A DNA stretch of 63,479 bases, filler included, from Choristocarpus tenellus KU-1152 (lineage: Eukaryota > Protista > Phaeophyceae): NCBI GenBank assembly GCA_964200185.2. It is 13 parts of 13 records of this genome, joined end to end, with 100 filler letters (N's around TTAATTAATTAA, not from the genome) between each part and the next. Parts side by side here need not be neighbours in the genome. Positions count along the whole stretch, not along the records: positions 60,804 to 63,479 come from CAXNAD020025731.1; 12 more parts are not named here. One strand, written 5' to 3'. The notes below the pieces were generated by a model. The model did not search any database. It saw only the letters and a program-made list of their open reading frames with translations, and was not told the DNA's origin. Positions 62,150 through 63,479 of this stretch are shown here, piece by piece (the first letter of the stretch is position 1; each line of letters opens with the position of its first letter). The translations under genes and the position numbers were made by a program.

Positions 62150-62661
62150 GACCGAAAGCATTTAAGAGCATAGGAGCCCTGTTTGTCCATTCGGGGCTTG
62201 GCTTCCCACGTTTTTTTATGCCCTTTTCGGTTTTGTGTGAACACAGTTACGAGTGAAAGTATCTTGTGGAGGGCACGAGTTTTCCCTGTTTTTCCGTTTG
62301 AGACTTGGCTTTCCACGGTTTTTTGTGACATTTTACGTACTCCAAAATGTTTAAGGAGTAGGTAAAATGTGTATGTTATGAAAAGGTGTATCCGGAACAA
62401 GGATATTGGCATCTCCTAACAAACACGATAGCCAAAATTACATCAAAATCTCAACATTGGATTTTGACCCCCAAATGGACACAGCACTACCCTCTAAGAT
62501 ATTTTGGCTCTTACCTAAAATGTGTAAGGCTATGAAAGGTTTATCCGGAGCAAGGACATTGACGGTTGCTAACAAACACGATAGCCAAAATTTGTCAAAA
62601 TTGCAACATTGGATTTTGGGCCCAAACGGACGCAGCCCTACCCTATTAAATGCTTTGACTC
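62150..62661. mobile_element. Older variant MITE family A copy 8 (TIR GAGTCAAAGCATTTAA type), interrupted by copy 7
   Basis: GACCGAAAGCATTTAAGAGCATAG...CCCTGTTTGTCCATTCGGGG on the left and ...CTACCCTATTAAATGCTTTGACTC on the right; the halves rejoin into one element when 62251-62514 is removed. Confidence 0.82.
62251..62510. mobile_element. MITE family A copy 7 (260 bp), TSD TTAC
   Basis: TTAC|GAGTGAAAGTATCTTG...CTACCCTCTAAGATATTTTGGCTC|TTAC. Confidence 0.94.
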
Positions 62662-62744
62662 TGCCCGCACGAGGGGCACAGTTAGGGAACCACCTATAAG
62701 GACAAACTGCAATAGTACCAGCTGGAAATACACCATGGTATGGA

Positions 62745-62975
62745 ACGAGTGGATGCGGACATGGTGGAGAGGAACTAGGTGGTCCCCTCTAACCAGGCAA
62801 AAGAGGAGGATTCTAGAGAGTAAGTTGGGTATGACAGAAGTTGCTTGCACAGACCACTTCAGCTGCATCTGAACGCTTGTTCTCCTCTGTTGGCAACAAA
62901 GTCACTGTCACGCATAACTGTCTCTATGGGGATGCAGTTGATGACACTTTGGTGGTGCACGCTTGTAGATATTAC
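62745..62975 (+). mobile_element. hAT transposase C-terminal dimerisation-domain remnant
   Basis: TTSAASERLFSSVGNKVTVTHNCLYGDAVDDTLVVH from about 62853, preceded out of frame by a WW...P-L segment. Confidence 0.75.
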
Positions 62976-63319
62976 TTTGGTGCCCATGTGTGGAAAGCGT
63001 AAGTAGCAGAAAATCATTGTGATGGTGGAGACAAACAGGGCACCCTGTGAAGAGGTCCTCTATACACATTGCCATAGGGTGAGTAGTACATGGTGTCTTG
63101 TTTTCTCTTTATCATCTTAAGTTTGACTTGTTAGTGTCACCCTACACACTGCAATGAATGCGGACTCCAGGTAGTGACACAACTTAAACATGTATATGTT
63201 GTATATACTTCGAAATACTCTGAAATAAAGTTAATATATATATTTTTTCATGCTTGATCCGACTCTTGTACTCACACGACAAGTGATAGGAGGTTATCCT
63301 TCACATTCCATGAACACCA

Positions 63320-63479
63320 GGCTCAAAGTATCTAGGGGGGAAGGCGGCTGTCCATTTCGGGTCAATTTTTTAAGGTCGCAATCTTTGGGTGATTTGGTTC
63401 CATACGTTGGATGGATATTGAAAGTGCACGTTTCCAGGTTTTGGGCCAAATGGACGCTGTGGTGTAGACCCCCCCCCCC
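63320..63479. mobile_element. Nearly complete MITE family B copy (window ends in the right-hand C-run)
   Basis: GGCTCAAAGTATCTAGGGGGG...TGTCCATTTCGGG...GGCCAAATGGACGCTGTGGTGTAGA(C)n. Confidence 0.78.

Overview
This is not one locus. It is 13 short contigs joined by twelve identical 100-bp artificial spacers (N44-TTAATTAATTAA-N44), so adjacency across a spacer has no biological meaning. The DNA is intron-rich eukaryotic nuclear sequence. It is very probably from a brown alga or close relative, judged from a complete mannuronan C5-epimerase gene, a bipartite plastid-targeting presequence and TTAGGG arrays. Reading the splice sites recovers spliced genes that the ORF track mostly misses: a PUL-domain protein (3' end), a Ran-binding-domain protein (3' part), an 11-exon mannuronan C5-epimerase, a plastid-targeted unknown protein head-to-head with alpha-SNAP, a Mal d 1-associated-protein-like gene, a gene with a cyanobacterial DUF721/DciA-type zinc ribbon, ATG3 (3' end), plastid-type dihydrolipoamide dehydrogenase (two exons) and a beta-repeat/Cys-repeat protein. 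The strongest non-coding signal is a transposon system. It comprises eight copies of a ~260-bp MITE (GAG...CTC ends, ~24-bp TIRs, 4-bp TSDs, one verified against an empty paralogous site), seven ends of a poly-G sister family sharing the same terminal and subterminal motifs, and intron-containing transposase fragments with Sola2-like motifs on two contigs. Pogo, piggyBac, hAT, Copia, Gypsy and non-LTR remnants are also present, and one Copia LTR carries tRNA-type A/B boxes. All family assignments are motif recognition by eye; no database search was run.
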